DNA of 64,000 bases. Source: an uncultured Actinomycetota bacterium. Its GTDB lineage: Bacteria; Actinomycetota; Actinomycetes; Propionibacteriales; Nocardioidaceae. Position numbers and translations under genes: made by a program. The notes under the pieces are model-generated. The model did no database searches. It was given only the letters and a program-made list of their open reading frames with translations, and was not told the origin of the DNA. Where the stretch lies: assembly GCA_963773355.1 (NCBI GenBank), contig CAVZAZ010000019.1, forward strand, positions 282 through 64,281. Direction: 5' to 3'. Each line of letters starts with the position of its first letter. The stretch's first letter is position 1. Positions 10,419 to 19,785 of the stretch are shown here, piece by piece.

Positions 10419-10913
10419 GGGGTGGCGAGCTCCCGCTGCAGAGCAGCCACGATGGCCGTGCTGGTGCGCTCGACCATGCGCAACACCTCCTGGAAGCCGC
10501 GAGGCCCACCGTAGTACGGGTCGGGCACGTCCGCCCCGGGGTCGACGGGGTCGAAGTCGCGGAACAGCATCACCCGGTCGTTCCCGCCGCCCAGATCCGC
10601 GAGGTTGTCGTGGTCCATCGCCAGCACCAGGTCGTACGACGACAGCCAGGCGTCCTCGAACTGTCGGGCGCGGTGCCTGGTGGCGTCGTACCCCGCGTCG
10701 GTCAGCTCCGCGGCCGCCCGCGAGTCCATGGGGTCGCCCACGTGGTACCCCGCCGTGCCCGAGCTCGCCACCTCTACCGTGCCCGACAGGCCGGCCTGCT
10801 CGAGGTGGCGAGGAGAGCACGACCTCGGCCATCGGAGACCGACAGATGTTGCCGAGACAGACCAGCGCGACGGCGTACCGCCCCGGCGAGCGGGCAGGTG
10901 GCAGGACGGTCAT
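10415..10913 (-). CDS. ptpA: Low-molecular-weight protein-tyrosine phosphatase (frameshift ~10800)
   Basis: P-loop VCLGNICRSPMAE; SSGTAGYHVG; DVPDPYYG. Confidence 0.85.
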
Positions 10914-10929
10914 CGGCCGGTGCGGTCGG

Positions 10930-11340
10930 TCAGTGGGGCGCCAGGCCTCGGGTCCGATCCTCCCCGAGGAACCCGTCCAGCACCCAGGTCACGAGGCTGA
11001 TCACGATCGCCCCGCCGATGGCGGTCCAGAAGCCGTCGACGTGGAAGCCGATGTCGAGCTTCCCGGCGAGCCACGCCGTCAGGCCGAGCATCGCGGCGTT
11101 GATCAGGATCAGGAACAACCCGAGGGTGATGATGATGAACGGGATCGACAGGATCTGGAGGATCGGCTTCACGAACGACGACACGAGCGCGAGGATCAGC
11201 GCGACGACCAGCAGCTCGAGCCACTTGTCCTCGACCTCGGCCATCCCCTTCGAGGCGCCCTCGAACCGGATCCCGGAGAAGATCCAGGCGGCCACGGCCA
11301 GTGCCACGGCGGTGGTCAGCACTCTGATCAGGAAGGTCAC
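10930..11340 (-). CDS. YvlD-like / 'phage holin family' 4-TM membrane protein
   Basis: VKPILQILSIPFIIITLGLFLILINAAML, VDGFWTAIGGAIVIS. Confidence 0.8.
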   Translation of the reverse strand: MTFLIRVLTTAVALAVAAWIFSGIRFEGASKGMAEVEDKWLELLVVALILALVSSFVKPILQILSIPFIIITLGLFLILINAAMLGLTAWLAGKLDIGFHVDGFWTAIGGAIVISLVTWVLDGFLGEDRTRGLAPH

Positions 11341-11380
11341 GCGGCGATCCTAGGGCGTGTGTCCATCGGGCAGGACCGGC

Positions 11381-12088
11381 TCATCCCTCGTCGTCGAGGC
11401 GCAGCCGGTCGATGATGGCGACCTCCGCCCCGGCCAGGTGCTCGGTGAGCTCGGCGGCCGCTGTCTCGATGTCGCCGTCCTCGAGGAGTCGCAGCAGGTG
11501 GGTGTGCGAGCCCACCTGGGCGTGCACGTTCTGCCGGGCCCGGTCGACCTGGGCGAGGGCCAGTCGCAGCTCGGCGTTGAGTGCGTCGGCCATGGCCACC
11601 AGCCGCGGTGACCCGGTCAGCCCCACCAGCGCCAGGTGGATGGAGAGGTGGCGCTCGTTGAGGAGCTGGTACGACGCCCGCTCGTCCGCCGCGTCCTGGT
11701 AGGCAGCGAGGGCCTCCCGCACCGCCGCACGGTCTTCGTCCGTCGCCGTCTCCCAGCGGCGGACGCCGGCGACCTCGAGCACCGCCCGGGCCCGGCAGAC
11801 GTCCCGCACGGAGGCGGGGTCGGGCTGGGTCACCGAGACCCCGCGGTTGGGCTCGCGAGTGGCCAGGCCCTCGGCCACCAGGACCGTGAGGGCCTCCCGG
11901 ACCGTGGGCCGGGAGACGCCGAGAGACTCGGCCAGGGCGACCTCGCGTAGCGGCGTGCCGGACTCCAGCTCGCCGTCGAAGACGGCCCGGCGCAGCTCGT
12001 CGGCCACCCGATCGGCGGTCGAGGAGTGCACGAGGCTGAGCGAGCCGAACGGCTCGGTCATCGAGGCCTCCGGTGGGGTGAGCGACAC
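11381..12088 (-). CDS. GntR (FCD-domain) transcriptional regulator
   Basis: wHTH LREVALAESLGVSRPTVREAL; C-terminal FCD-like helices with His residues. Confidence 0.85.
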   Translation of the reverse strand: MSLTPPEASMTEPFGSLSLVHSSTADRVADELRRAVFDGELESGTPLREVALAESLGVSRPTVREALTVLVAEGLATREPNRGVSVTQPDPASVRDVCRARAVLEVAGVRRWETATDEDRAAVREALAAYQDAADERASYQLLNERHLSIHLALVGLTGSPRLVAMADALNAELRLALAQVDRARQNVHAQVGSHTHLLRLLEDGDIETAAAELTEHLAGAEVAIIDRLRLDDEG

Positions 12089-12170
12089 GGTCGCGCCCCA
12101 TTGTGGCCCACCCGTGGTCCGCCGGTCGCCCCGGAGTTGCGTGGCCGGTCCTCATCCTTCACACTGGGCA

Positions 12171-12190
12171 TGTCAGATTGTCTGACAATC
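12171..12190. promoter_or_regulatory. Palindromic operator, likely for the adjacent GntR
   Basis: TGTCAGA-ttg-TCTGACA overlapping GATTGTC-t-GACAATC, in an AT-rich patch between divergent genes. Confidence 0.65.
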
Positions 12191-12269
12191 AAACAATCGT
12201 GCGGCAGGCTTGAAGCGGCGCGACTCGACGACGCAGATCCACGACGCAGATCCAAGGGAGGCGACAGCC

Positions 12270-13169
12270 ATGGGCACCGAGCTCGCGTGGGGCAGGAAGT
12301 ACGTGATGGTCCGGCCGGATCACTTCCGGGTGGACTACCAGATCAACCCGTTCATGGATCTCGCCGACCAGCCGGACGCCGCCCTCGCCCGCGAGCAGTG
12401 GGACACCCTGGCCGTCACGATCCGGTCCCTGGGCGGCAACGTCGACGTGGTCGAGCAGCGCCCGGACGCGCCGGACATGGTCTACGCGATGAACCTCGGT
12501 CTCGGCCTCCAGCGCGCCGACGGCCAGGCCCACGTCGTGATGTCGCACATGCGCTTCGCCGAGCGCCGAATGGAGACCGCCACCGCCGCCGCGTGGTTCG
12601 GAGCGCGCGGCTCCACCACGTCGTACGTCGGCCGGGAGGGCGTGGGCGCCTACTTCGAGGCAGGCGACGCCTTCGCCTTCGGCGACTCGCTGGTGGTGGG
12701 GTACGGCCCACGCACCGAGGAGCTCGGGCTCAAGCACCTGGCCACCGACCTCGGCGTCCGGGTGCGCGGATTCCGGATCACCCACCCGGGCATGTACCAC
12801 CTGGACCTCGCGTTCTGCCCGATCGACGAGAGCCGCGCGATCGTCTGCCCGGACGCTTTCGACGATGCGTCCGCCGCAGAGCTGATGGCGCTGGTCCCCG
12901 AGCCGATCGTGCTCACGGAGCAGGAGGCGCTGACGACGTTCGCCGCCAACTCGATCGTGCTCGACCGCACCGTCGTGATGCCGGGCTGCCCCGATCATGT
13001 GCGGGCGCGGCTCGAGGAGTGGGGTTTCGACGTGGTGGTGCTCGACCTGTCGGAGTTCCACAAGGGCGGCGGCTCGGTCCGGTGCCTGACCAACCCCGTC
13101 GACATCCGGATCGGCCGCGACCTGCCGGCCGTTCCGGGCGGCCGGGTCGTGGTCCCGCCCATGGCCTGA
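12270..13169 (+). CDS. Amidinotransferase / dimethylargininase-family (pentein) hydrolase
   Basis: YQINPFM, PDMVYAMN, FEAGD, YHLDLAFC, EFHKGGGSVRCLT; SD AGGGAGG upstream. Confidence 0.85.
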   Translation: MGTELAWGRKYVMVRPDHFRVDYQINPFMDLADQPDAALAREQWDTLAVTIRSLGGNVDVVEQRPDAPDMVYAMNLGLGLQRADGQAHVVMSHMRFAERRMETATAAAWFGARGSTTSYVGREGVGAYFEAGDAFAFGDSLVVGYGPRTEELGLKHLATDLGVRVRGFRITHPGMYHLDLAFCPIDESRAIVCPDAFDDASAAELMALVPEPIVLTEQEALTTFAANSIVLDRTVVMPGCPDHVRARLEEWGFDVVVLDLSEFHKGGGSVRCLTNPVDIRIGRDLPAVPGGRVVVPPMA

Positions 13170-13199
13170 GGCCCGCGTCCGGTCTGTAGCGTCAGCGCC

Positions 13200-13766
13200 G
13201 TGTTTCCGGTCGGTGGCGTTGGCATCATGCTCCTGGGCGCCGTGCTGGCACTGGTGCCGTGCGTCCTCCTGGCCGCCGCGCTCCAGCCCCGTCTGGGCTG
13301 GGTCACTGCCATCTGCATCGTCGGCTTCCTGTGGTCCCTGGTCGTGATCGGCCTGGTCACCTTGATCCCGCCGTACGGCGCACCCGGCATCGTGGCGGCC
13401 GAGAGCCGACTCCCGGAGTGCTCCCGCGACATCGGCGGCCCGGCCCCCGAAGGGTTCTGGATCTTCACCAGCGGGCAACGCGCTCTCAACACGGCGCTCT
13501 TCGTGCCGTCGGGAGTGCTCCTGGTCGTCGCCGCCGTCCGCTGGCGGGCGTGGGCGCTGCTCACCGTCCCGGCCGGCCTGGCCATCCTTGCGGCGTACTC
13601 CGGGGCGATCGAGTGGGTGCAGTTCGTGGTGGCCCGGATCGATCGGGCCTGCGACCTGACCGACGTCGTCGACAACGTCAGCGGCGCCCTCATCGGCGTG
13701 GTGATCGGGTTCGGCCTGGCTCTGGTGCTCCGCCCGTGGCGGTACCAGCCCGCGCCCCCGCACTGA
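13200..13766 (+). CDS. VanZ-like membrane protein
   Basis: LNTALFVPSG, AIEWVQ, RACDLTDVVDNVSGALIG. Confidence 0.7.
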   Translation: MFPVGGVGIMLLGAVLALVPCVLLAAALQPRLGWVTAICIVGFLWSLVVIGLVTLIPPYGAPGIVAAESRLPECSRDIGGPAPEGFWIFTSGQRALNTALFVPSGVLLVVAAVRWRAWALLTVPAGLAILAAYSGAIEWVQFVVARIDRACDLTDVVDNVSGALIGVVIGFGLALVLRPWRYQPAPPH

Positions 13767-13791
13767 GTGTCTCGGGACTAACCTCACCGGC

Positions 13792-14865
13792 ATGCCGCAG
13801 AACCCGCAGCCGCGTCCCAACGTGACCGAGATCCCGGCGTACGTCGCCGGGAAGCCGCCGACGCCGCGGCCGGGACTGACGTCGCACAAGCTCTCCTCGA
13901 ACGAGAACCCCTACCCGCCGCTTCCCGGGGTGGTGGAGGCTGCCAATGCCGCGGTCCAGCGGATGAACCGGTACCCCGACATGGGCAACGTCGAGCTGTA
14001 CGACGCTCTCTCGGACCGGCTGCGGGTGCCCGTCGATGATCTTGCGCTGGCCACCGGGTCCGTGGCGCTGATCTACCAGCTGACGCAGGCGTTCTGTCAT
14101 CCTGGCGACGAGGTCGTGTTCGCGTGGCGGTCCTTCGAGGCCTATCCGATCGCGGTCGCCGCGGCGGCCGCGAACGCCGTCAAGGTGCCGGTGCTGCCGG
14201 ACGGCCGGCACGACCTCGACGCGATGGCGGCGGCGATCACCGACCGGACCCGGATCGTCCTCGTCTGCACGCCGAACAACCCGACCGGGCCGGCGGTGAC
14301 CCGGACCGAGCTCGACGCCTTCCTGGCGAAGGTGCCGTCGCACGTGCTCGTGGTGGTCGACGAGGCCTATGTCGAGTTCGTCCGGATGGACGACCCGATC
14401 GACGGCCTGGGGGCCTACCGCGAGCACCCCAACGTCGTCGTCACCCGGACCTTCTCCAAGGCCTACGGCCTGGCCGGCCTCCGGGTCGGATACGCGATCG
14501 CCGCGGCGCCGATGGCGACCGCGATGCGTGCCCTGTCGCTGCCCTTCGGGATCTCGAACGTCGCCCAGGCAGCCGCAGTGGCATCCCTCGAGCGGGAGCC
14601 GGAGCTGCTGGAGCGGGTCGAGGCGCTGGTCGTCGAGCGAGCCCGGGTGTTCGAGGGGCTCGCCGCTGTTGGCTGGGATGTCCCGGTGCCGCAGGGCAAC
14701 TTCGTCTGGTTCGGGCTCGGTGAGGGCACCACCGATTTCGCCGCCTCGGCCGAGGAGGCCGGCATCATGGTCCGGCCGTTCGTCGGCGAGGGCGCCCGGG
14801 TCTCCATCGGCGAGCCCGAGGCCAACGACCGGCTGATCCGGGTGGCCGCGGACTTCCGTCGGTGA
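13792..14865 (+). CDS. pat: Histidinol-phosphate aminotransferase-family enzyme (Pat/HisC2 aromatic aminotransferase type)
   Basis: KLSSNENP, WRSFEAYP, CTPNNPTG, VDEAY, RTFSKAYGLAGLRVGY. Confidence 0.75.
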   Translation: MPQNPQPRPNVTEIPAYVAGKPPTPRPGLTSHKLSSNENPYPPLPGVVEAANAAVQRMNRYPDMGNVELYDALSDRLRVPVDDLALATGSVALIYQLTQAFCHPGDEVVFAWRSFEAYPIAVAAAAANAVKVPVLPDGRHDLDAMAAAITDRTRIVLVCTPNNPTGPAVTRTELDAFLAKVPSHVLVVVDEAYVEFVRMDDPIDGLGAYREHPNVVVTRTFSKAYGLAGLRVGYAIAAAPMATAMRALSLPFGISNVAQAAAVASLEREPELLERVEALVVERARVFEGLAAVGWDVPVPQGNFVWFGLGEGTTDFAASAEEAGIMVRPFVGEGARVSIGEPEANDRLIRVAADFRR

Positions 14866-14892
14866 TCGGGCACAAGAAGACCCGGCTGCGCC

Positions 14893-15361
14893 TCAGCGCA
14901 GGGCAAGGGCTGCGGGGAGGGCGAGGGCAGCGAACCGGGCCGTCCGGCCGACGAGGCAGACCACACCGAACTCGCAGCGCTTCTGCGCCGACGCGCCGGC
15001 CGCCAGGCTGACCAGGGCGAGCGGCGGCAGGCCCACCGTGGCGGCGGCGAGGACCGTGGGCAGGCCGGTGCGCCGCCGCGACATCAGGCCACACACCCGG
15101 CCGCGCCATCTCTCGGCGCGGCCCCTGCCATGTCGGGTGAGCCGGGCATGCAGGCGACCCGTCCCACGCCGGGCCGCTTCGAACAACAGCAGCTTCCCGA
15201 TGGTCTGGCCCGACCGCGAGGGCGAGCGCGACACCCATGCTCAGCGCGACGTTCGTCCGCGCCACCGCGATCAGGACGTAGGCCTCGGCGTTGACCAGGG
15301 GCAGCAGTGCGGACACGACGCCGATCGCGATCGCGAGCCCGGCCTCGCCGAGCCAGCTCAC
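14893..15361 (-). CDS. VTT/DedA-like membrane protein (frameshift ~15215)
   Basis: SALLPLVNAEAY, GQTIGKLLLFEAARRG, GLPPLALVSLAAG, GRTARF. Confidence 0.65.
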
Positions 15362-15982
15362 CGTCCCTCGGCGGTCAGCAGCTGGATGACGCGGCGGGCC
15401 GACCAGACCTTGATGCCCACGACCCCGACGGCGACGACGAACGCGACGCCGTACAGCTCCGAGGGCCAGAGCGCCCACCACGCCCGCGGTGTTGGCGGCC
15501 TTCGCCAGCGGTGACCAGTTGAGCTGCCACACCCGGCGGTCGACGACGTGGAAGTAGTTCGGGCTCAGCACCGGCCAGCACAGGAACGCCAGCGACAGCA
15601 TCGAGTCGAGCACCATGAACGAGAGGACGAACACCACGACGACGGGGAGCGCCTCGGGGACCGATGCCACGAGCCCCACGCACAACATGCCCGTGCATGC
15701 CCGGTCGCACACGATGTCGAAGACCGCACCGGCCCGGGTCTCCTGTCCGAGCCGCCGGGCCGACCAGCCGTCGGCGATGTCGCCGGCCCAGAAGACGGCG
15801 TACGCCACCGCGAGCAGTGTGAGGTCACCGCGCGCCATGGCGATCGCGCCGAGCAGCACCGCGACCACGGTCCGAGTCGCGGTCACGATGTTCGGGACGG
15901 TGGCAAAGGGACCCACCGGAAGCAGGCCTGGAGATGCCGGCGCGACGGCTGCGCTGCCGGGAAGCACAGGAAGATTTGTCAT
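15358..15982 (-). CDS. CDP-alcohol phosphatidyltransferase (frameshift near 3' end)
   Basis: TVPNIVTATR and signature DIADGWSARRLGQETRAGAVFDIVCD. Confidence 0.85.
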
Positions 15983-16137
15983 GCCCTTCACGGTCGGCCC
16001 GGCGAGCTGATTGCAGAACGGGCCGAGGTGCCGTCCTCTGGTCGCATCGGCACCCGGGCTCTGGGGCCGACCGGTACCCCGGTACCGATTTCGCACCGAC
16101 GTACGACAGCACGCCCTCCGTCGCCCACACTGACCGT

Positions 16138-17232
16138 ATGAGGGCGTTACACCGGCTGCTCGACGACCCGCACCTGCTGCGCAGGGTGACGTACGCCGTC
16201 GCAGGCGCGGCAGCGGTGATCTCGATGATCGGCACCCTCGCTGTCGGGGCGGGGGACACTGGCCGAGCATCGGCTTACGCCATCCCGGCCACCGTGTTCG
16301 CGGCCCTGCCCAGCCGGAAGTGGCGGTCGACGGTCCTCGCTGTCGGTGCCTGCCTGGTCGCCGTGGGGACCAGCAGCGAGACCGGTCCGCTGTGGCTCGG
16401 CGTGGCGGCCCTCGTCTTCGGTTCCGTCACCGAGGACCTGCGAGCCCGCCCTTGGATCGGCTGGGCCGGCGGGTTCGCGGGCGCGACACTCGGCGTGTTC
16501 GTCCAGCCCGAAGACCAGAACATCGCGGCGTTCATCGGCGTCATCATCGGCGGCAGCCTCGGGTTGCTGTTGCGCGCGCGACTGCACACCCTGGAGCTCT
16601 CTGAGGAGGCCGACGAGCTGCGCGGCAAGGCTGCCTGGCTCGAGCAGCGCACGAGCCTGGCCCGGGAGCTGCACGATGTGGTCGGCCACCATGTGACCGC
16701 CATGGTGGTGCAGGCCGAGGCAGGAAAGCTGGGCGACCCGCAGGTGGCGCTGCTGAACATCGGTGACATCGGACGGGCGGCGCTCGGCGAGCTCGACGCG
16801 ATGGTGGTGCATCTTCGCGATCCCGAGTCGCCACTGGCGGTCACCGCAGCACCCCGGTTGCTGGACATCGAGGAGCTGCTTGCTGCGCCGCTCCGTGAGC
16901 AGGGCGTGGACGTGGACGTCCGACTCGAGGCCGAGCTGGGTCTGGACGACGCCGGCGTGCTGACCGTCTACCGGATCGCCCAGGAGGCCTTGACGAACGT
17001 CGCCCGCCACGCCAGGGCCACTCACGCCTGGGTCGAGCTGAGCCGCTCCGGGGACCAGGTCCGGCTCCTTGTTAGTGACGACGGGGTCGGGCCGGCGCCC
17101 GCGTCCGATCGCGGCTCGGGCCTGCTCGGGATCGCGGAACGCGTGGAGGCACGTGGTGGCGGCTGGGACCTGAGTGCGCGGCCCGGTGGCGGCACCATCC
17201 TCGACGTGAGCCTCCCGGTGGAGCTGCAGTGA
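16138..17232 (+). CDS. HisKA_3 (NarX/DesK-type) membrane sensor kinase
   Basis: LARELHDVVGH, YRIAQEALTNVARHA, DDGVG, GLLGIAERV; multi-TM N-terminus. Confidence 0.9.
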   Translation: MRALHRLLDDPHLLRRVTYAVAGAAAVISMIGTLAVGAGDTGRASAYAIPATVFAALPSRKWRSTVLAVGACLVAVGTSSETGPLWLGVAALVFGSVTEDLRARPWIGWAGGFAGATLGVFVQPEDQNIAAFIGVIIGGSLGLLLRARLHTLELSEEADELRGKAAWLEQRTSLARELHDVVGHHVTAMVVQAEAGKLGDPQVALLNIGDIGRAALGELDAMVVHLRDPESPLAVTAAPRLLDIEELLAAPLREQGVDVDVRLEAELGLDDAGVLTVYRIAQEALTNVARHARATHAWVELSRSGDQVRLLVSDDGVGPAPASDRGSGLLGIAERVEARGGGWDLSARPGGGTILDVSLPVELQ

Positions 17233-17885
17233 GCTTGCCGCTGCGGGTTGCCGTGGTCGACGACCAGCAGATGGTCCGCGACGGGTTCTCGTTGATCATC
17301 GCCGCCCAGCCCGACATGGAGGTGGCCGTCGCAGCCGACGACGGCCAGCGGTTCCTCGATGCGGTCCGGGCGGACCCCCGCATCGACGTGGCCCTGGTCG
17401 ACATCCGGATGCCGGTGCTCGACGGTCTCCAGGCCACCCGCGCACTGGACGCCATTCCGCACGCCCCCGCGGTGGTCGTGGTCACGACGTTCGACGACGA
17501 CGCCTACGTCCTCGACGCCATCGCCGCGGGCGCGCGTGGGTTCCTGCTCAAGCGATGCAGCGGGCGCGAGCTGGTGGAGGCGGTGCGCACCGTCGCTGCC
17601 GGCGGCTCGACGCTCTCGACCGAGGTGACCGGCGCAGTCCTCGATCGCGTCCGGAGTGCCGGGCCGGTTTCCGGGGTCGACCTGAGCGGATATCGCCTCA
17701 CCAACCGCGAGCTCGACGTGCTCGCCCTGGTCGGGGCGGGACTCAACAACACGGAGATCTCCGAGCGGTTGCACCTGTCCATGAGCACCGTGAAGTCGCA
17801 CGTCACCAACGTGCTCGCCAAGACCGCGAGCCGCGACCGCGTTCGGGCTGCGATCCTCGCGATCCGGGCAGGGATCACACCGTGA
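17229..17885 (+). CDS. NarL/LuxR-family response regulator
   Basis: VVDDQQMVRDG, DIRMPVLDG, LTNRELDVL...TVKSHV. Confidence 0.9.
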   Translation: MSLPLRVAVVDDQQMVRDGFSLIIAAQPDMEVAVAADDGQRFLDAVRADPRIDVALVDIRMPVLDGLQATRALDAIPHAPAVVVVTTFDDDAYVLDAIAAGARGFLLKRCSGRELVEAVRTVAAGGSTLSTEVTGAVLDRVRSAGPVSGVDLSGYRLTNRELDVLALVGAGLNNTEISERLHLSMSTVKSHVTNVLAKTASRDRVRAAILAIRAGITP

Positions 17886-19137
17886 GTTCGTCCCTGGCCG
17901 GCGCTCGCCGGTCGTCCATGGAGCGGAACGGGCGGACGAAGGCAGGTGCCATCGTGGTCACGAAGTACGCCGCTCCGCAGATCGCCAGCGCCGCGGACAG
18001 GCCCACGCCTCCGATGAGCAGGCCCGCGATCACCCCACCCAGGGGCATCAGCGCGAAGCACATCGCCGTCGTCAACGAGCTGACCCGACCGACGAGCTGG
18101 ACGGGGATCCGCTCGAAGATGACAGCCCCCAGGATCGGGTTGAGGAAGCCGCTGGCGGCGCCGCCAATTGCGCAGACCGCAAGCACCACCCACAGTGGCG
18201 CCCCGGACGCGAGGACGAGGAACTTGGGTGCGCCGCCCAGGAGGAACGCGACCAGGTAGGTCCGGAACCGGGGCAGTCGCTCGCCCCAGCGGGCTGCGGC
18301 CAGGGCACCTACGATCGCGGCGCCGTTCCCCACGGTCAGGACGACGCCGATCGCGGCAGCTCCACCGCCTGTGTCGTTGGCCCAGACCGGCAGCAGGACT
18401 GCGACGTAGGCGATGTCGATGAGGTTCGTGACCGCGACCATCGCGGTTATCGCGAGCAGGACCGGCTCGTGGACGAGGAAGTGCCAGCCCTCGCGCAGCC
18501 GGTGCAGGTACGACCCGCCGGCGCCGTCGTCCTCGGAAACGGTGGCCTTGTTGGCGGAGTCGGCCAGCCCACGGGTGGATGCCCAGAGCAAGGCGGCGCT
18601 CACGCCGAAGCTGAGCGCATCGACGTACAGGGCATTGGCCGGGCCTACGAAGACCACGAGGCCGCCGGCCAACGCCGAGCCCAGCATCGAGGACCCGCGC
18701 TCGACCGCCGCCGAGAGACCGGTCGCGCGCTCCATCGGGACCCCGGCATGCTCCACCAGCGCGGGGATCAGCGCGTGCTTCGCCGCGTCGCCGGGCCCAC
18801 GCAACCCGCCCGCGACTGCGACCAGGGCAAGAAGCATCCCGAACGGCAGCGACCCTGCGGCGTACAGCACGGGCGCCAGGCCTACGACAACCATGCTGCC
18901 GGCGTCGCAGCCGACCGACACCCGACGTGCGCCGACCCGGTCGATGACCGGTCCACCCAGCACCTTCAGCAGCACCATCGGGACCAGCTCTGCCATCGCC
19001 ACCAGGCCGGTCTGCGTAGGGGACCCGGTCGTGGTCAGGACGAACCACGGGATGGCGATCATCGACACCCGGGTGCCGGTCAGCGAGATCGCCTCGGCAG
19101 TGAGCCATCCGTAGAGCGGGACGCGGGCGCCGGTCAC
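17875..19137 (-). CDS. MFS transporter (DHA3/Tap-like)
   Basis: About 12 TM segments; GGPVIDRVGARR motif A; coupled to the upstream ArsR gene. Confidence 0.85.
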   Translation of the reverse strand: MTGARVPLYGWLTAEAISLTGTRVSMIAIPWFVLTTTGSPTQTGLVAMAELVPMVLLKVLGGPVIDRVGARRVSVGCDAGSMVVVGLAPVLYAAGSLPFGMLLALVAVAGGLRGPGDAAKHALIPALVEHAGVPMERATGLSAAVERGSSMLGSALAGGLVVFVGPANALYVDALSFGVSAALLWASTRGLADSANKATVSEDDGAGGSYLHRLREGWHFLVHEPVLLAITAMVAVTNLIDIAYVAVLLPVWANDTGGGAAAIGVVLTVGNGAAIVGALAAARWGERLPRFRTYLVAFLLGGAPKFLVLASGAPLWVVLAVCAIGGAASGFLNPILGAVIFERIPVQLVGRVSSLTTAMCFALMPLGGVIAGLLIGGVGLSAALAICGAAYFVTTMAPAFVRPFRSMDDRRAPARDELTV

Positions 19138-19688
19138 GAGACCGTCCCCGGGCGGGGATACGTCGAGAGCTGCACCACGAAGTGCGCGCCTTCCTCCTCG
19201 TCCTCCGTGGTGTTCTCGACGACCGCGACGATGGCCTCGACGAGGGCCTGTGCCTTCTCGGCGCTCAGCTTGAACGTCCAGTCGCTGAGGGTGGTGGCCC
19301 GGCGCCACTCGGCGGGCAGCGTCATCCGCTCCTCGATCGCCCGCTGCAGCTGCTCGGCGTGCACGACCGCAGTTGCCTGGGAGTAGGCGTCGAACGCGTC
19401 CCGGTCCGATGGGTCGCCGACGGATGCGCCGGTGCGGGTCGCCTGGTGCGCCGCCCGCCACCAGCGGTCCCGCCCGTTGCCGCGCTCCTCGTCCTCGACG
19501 ATGAAGCCGTGCTGGGCCAGCTGGCGGAGGTGGTACGACGTGGCGCCGGTGTTCAGCCCGAGCTGCAGCGCCATCGTGGTCGACGTCGCGGGGCCCTCGA
19601 GCCTCAGCAGCTCGAGCATCCGCAGCCGAACGGGGTGCGCGAGCGCCTTGAGTCCGACGGGGTCCGGAGTGATGGCAGTCATGTCCAC
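19134..19688 (-). CDS. ArsR-family wHTH regulator
   Basis: LKALAHPVRLRML, ATSYHLRQLAQHGFI, GRDRWWRA. Confidence 0.85.
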   Translation of the reverse strand: MDMTAITPDPVGLKALAHPVRLRMLELLRLEGPATSTTMALQLGLNTGATSYHLRQLAQHGFIVEDEERGNGRDRWWRAAHQATRTGASVGDPSDRDAFDAYSQATAVVHAEQLQRAIEERMTLPAEWRRATTLSDWTFKLSAEKAQALVEAIVAVVENTTEDEEEGAHFVVQLSTYPRPGTVS

Positions 19689-19705
19689 AACGCCGACTTT
19701 ATGAC

Positions 19706-19737
19706 TGCAGCGACTTGTTTGCAAACATATCTCTGCA
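19706..19737. promoter_or_regulatory. Putative ArsR operator (TGCA-N10-TGCA-N10-TGCA)
   Basis: Three TGCA tetramers with 14-bp period immediately upstream of the arsR -10 (TAAAGT). Confidence 0.5.
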
Positions 19738-19785
19738 AATGAGTGCTTGGGGTTTGTGTGGTCTCACGCTGGGCACGGGAAGGCC

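Noticed and set aside
10930-11340. Prophage suggested by the 'holin' family gene
   Set aside because: This family is a common chromosomal membrane protein; no endolysin, integrase or structural genes are nearby
13200-13766. Glycopeptide resistance locus
   Set aside because: The VanZ-like family is widespread and there are no vanHAX/vanRS genes
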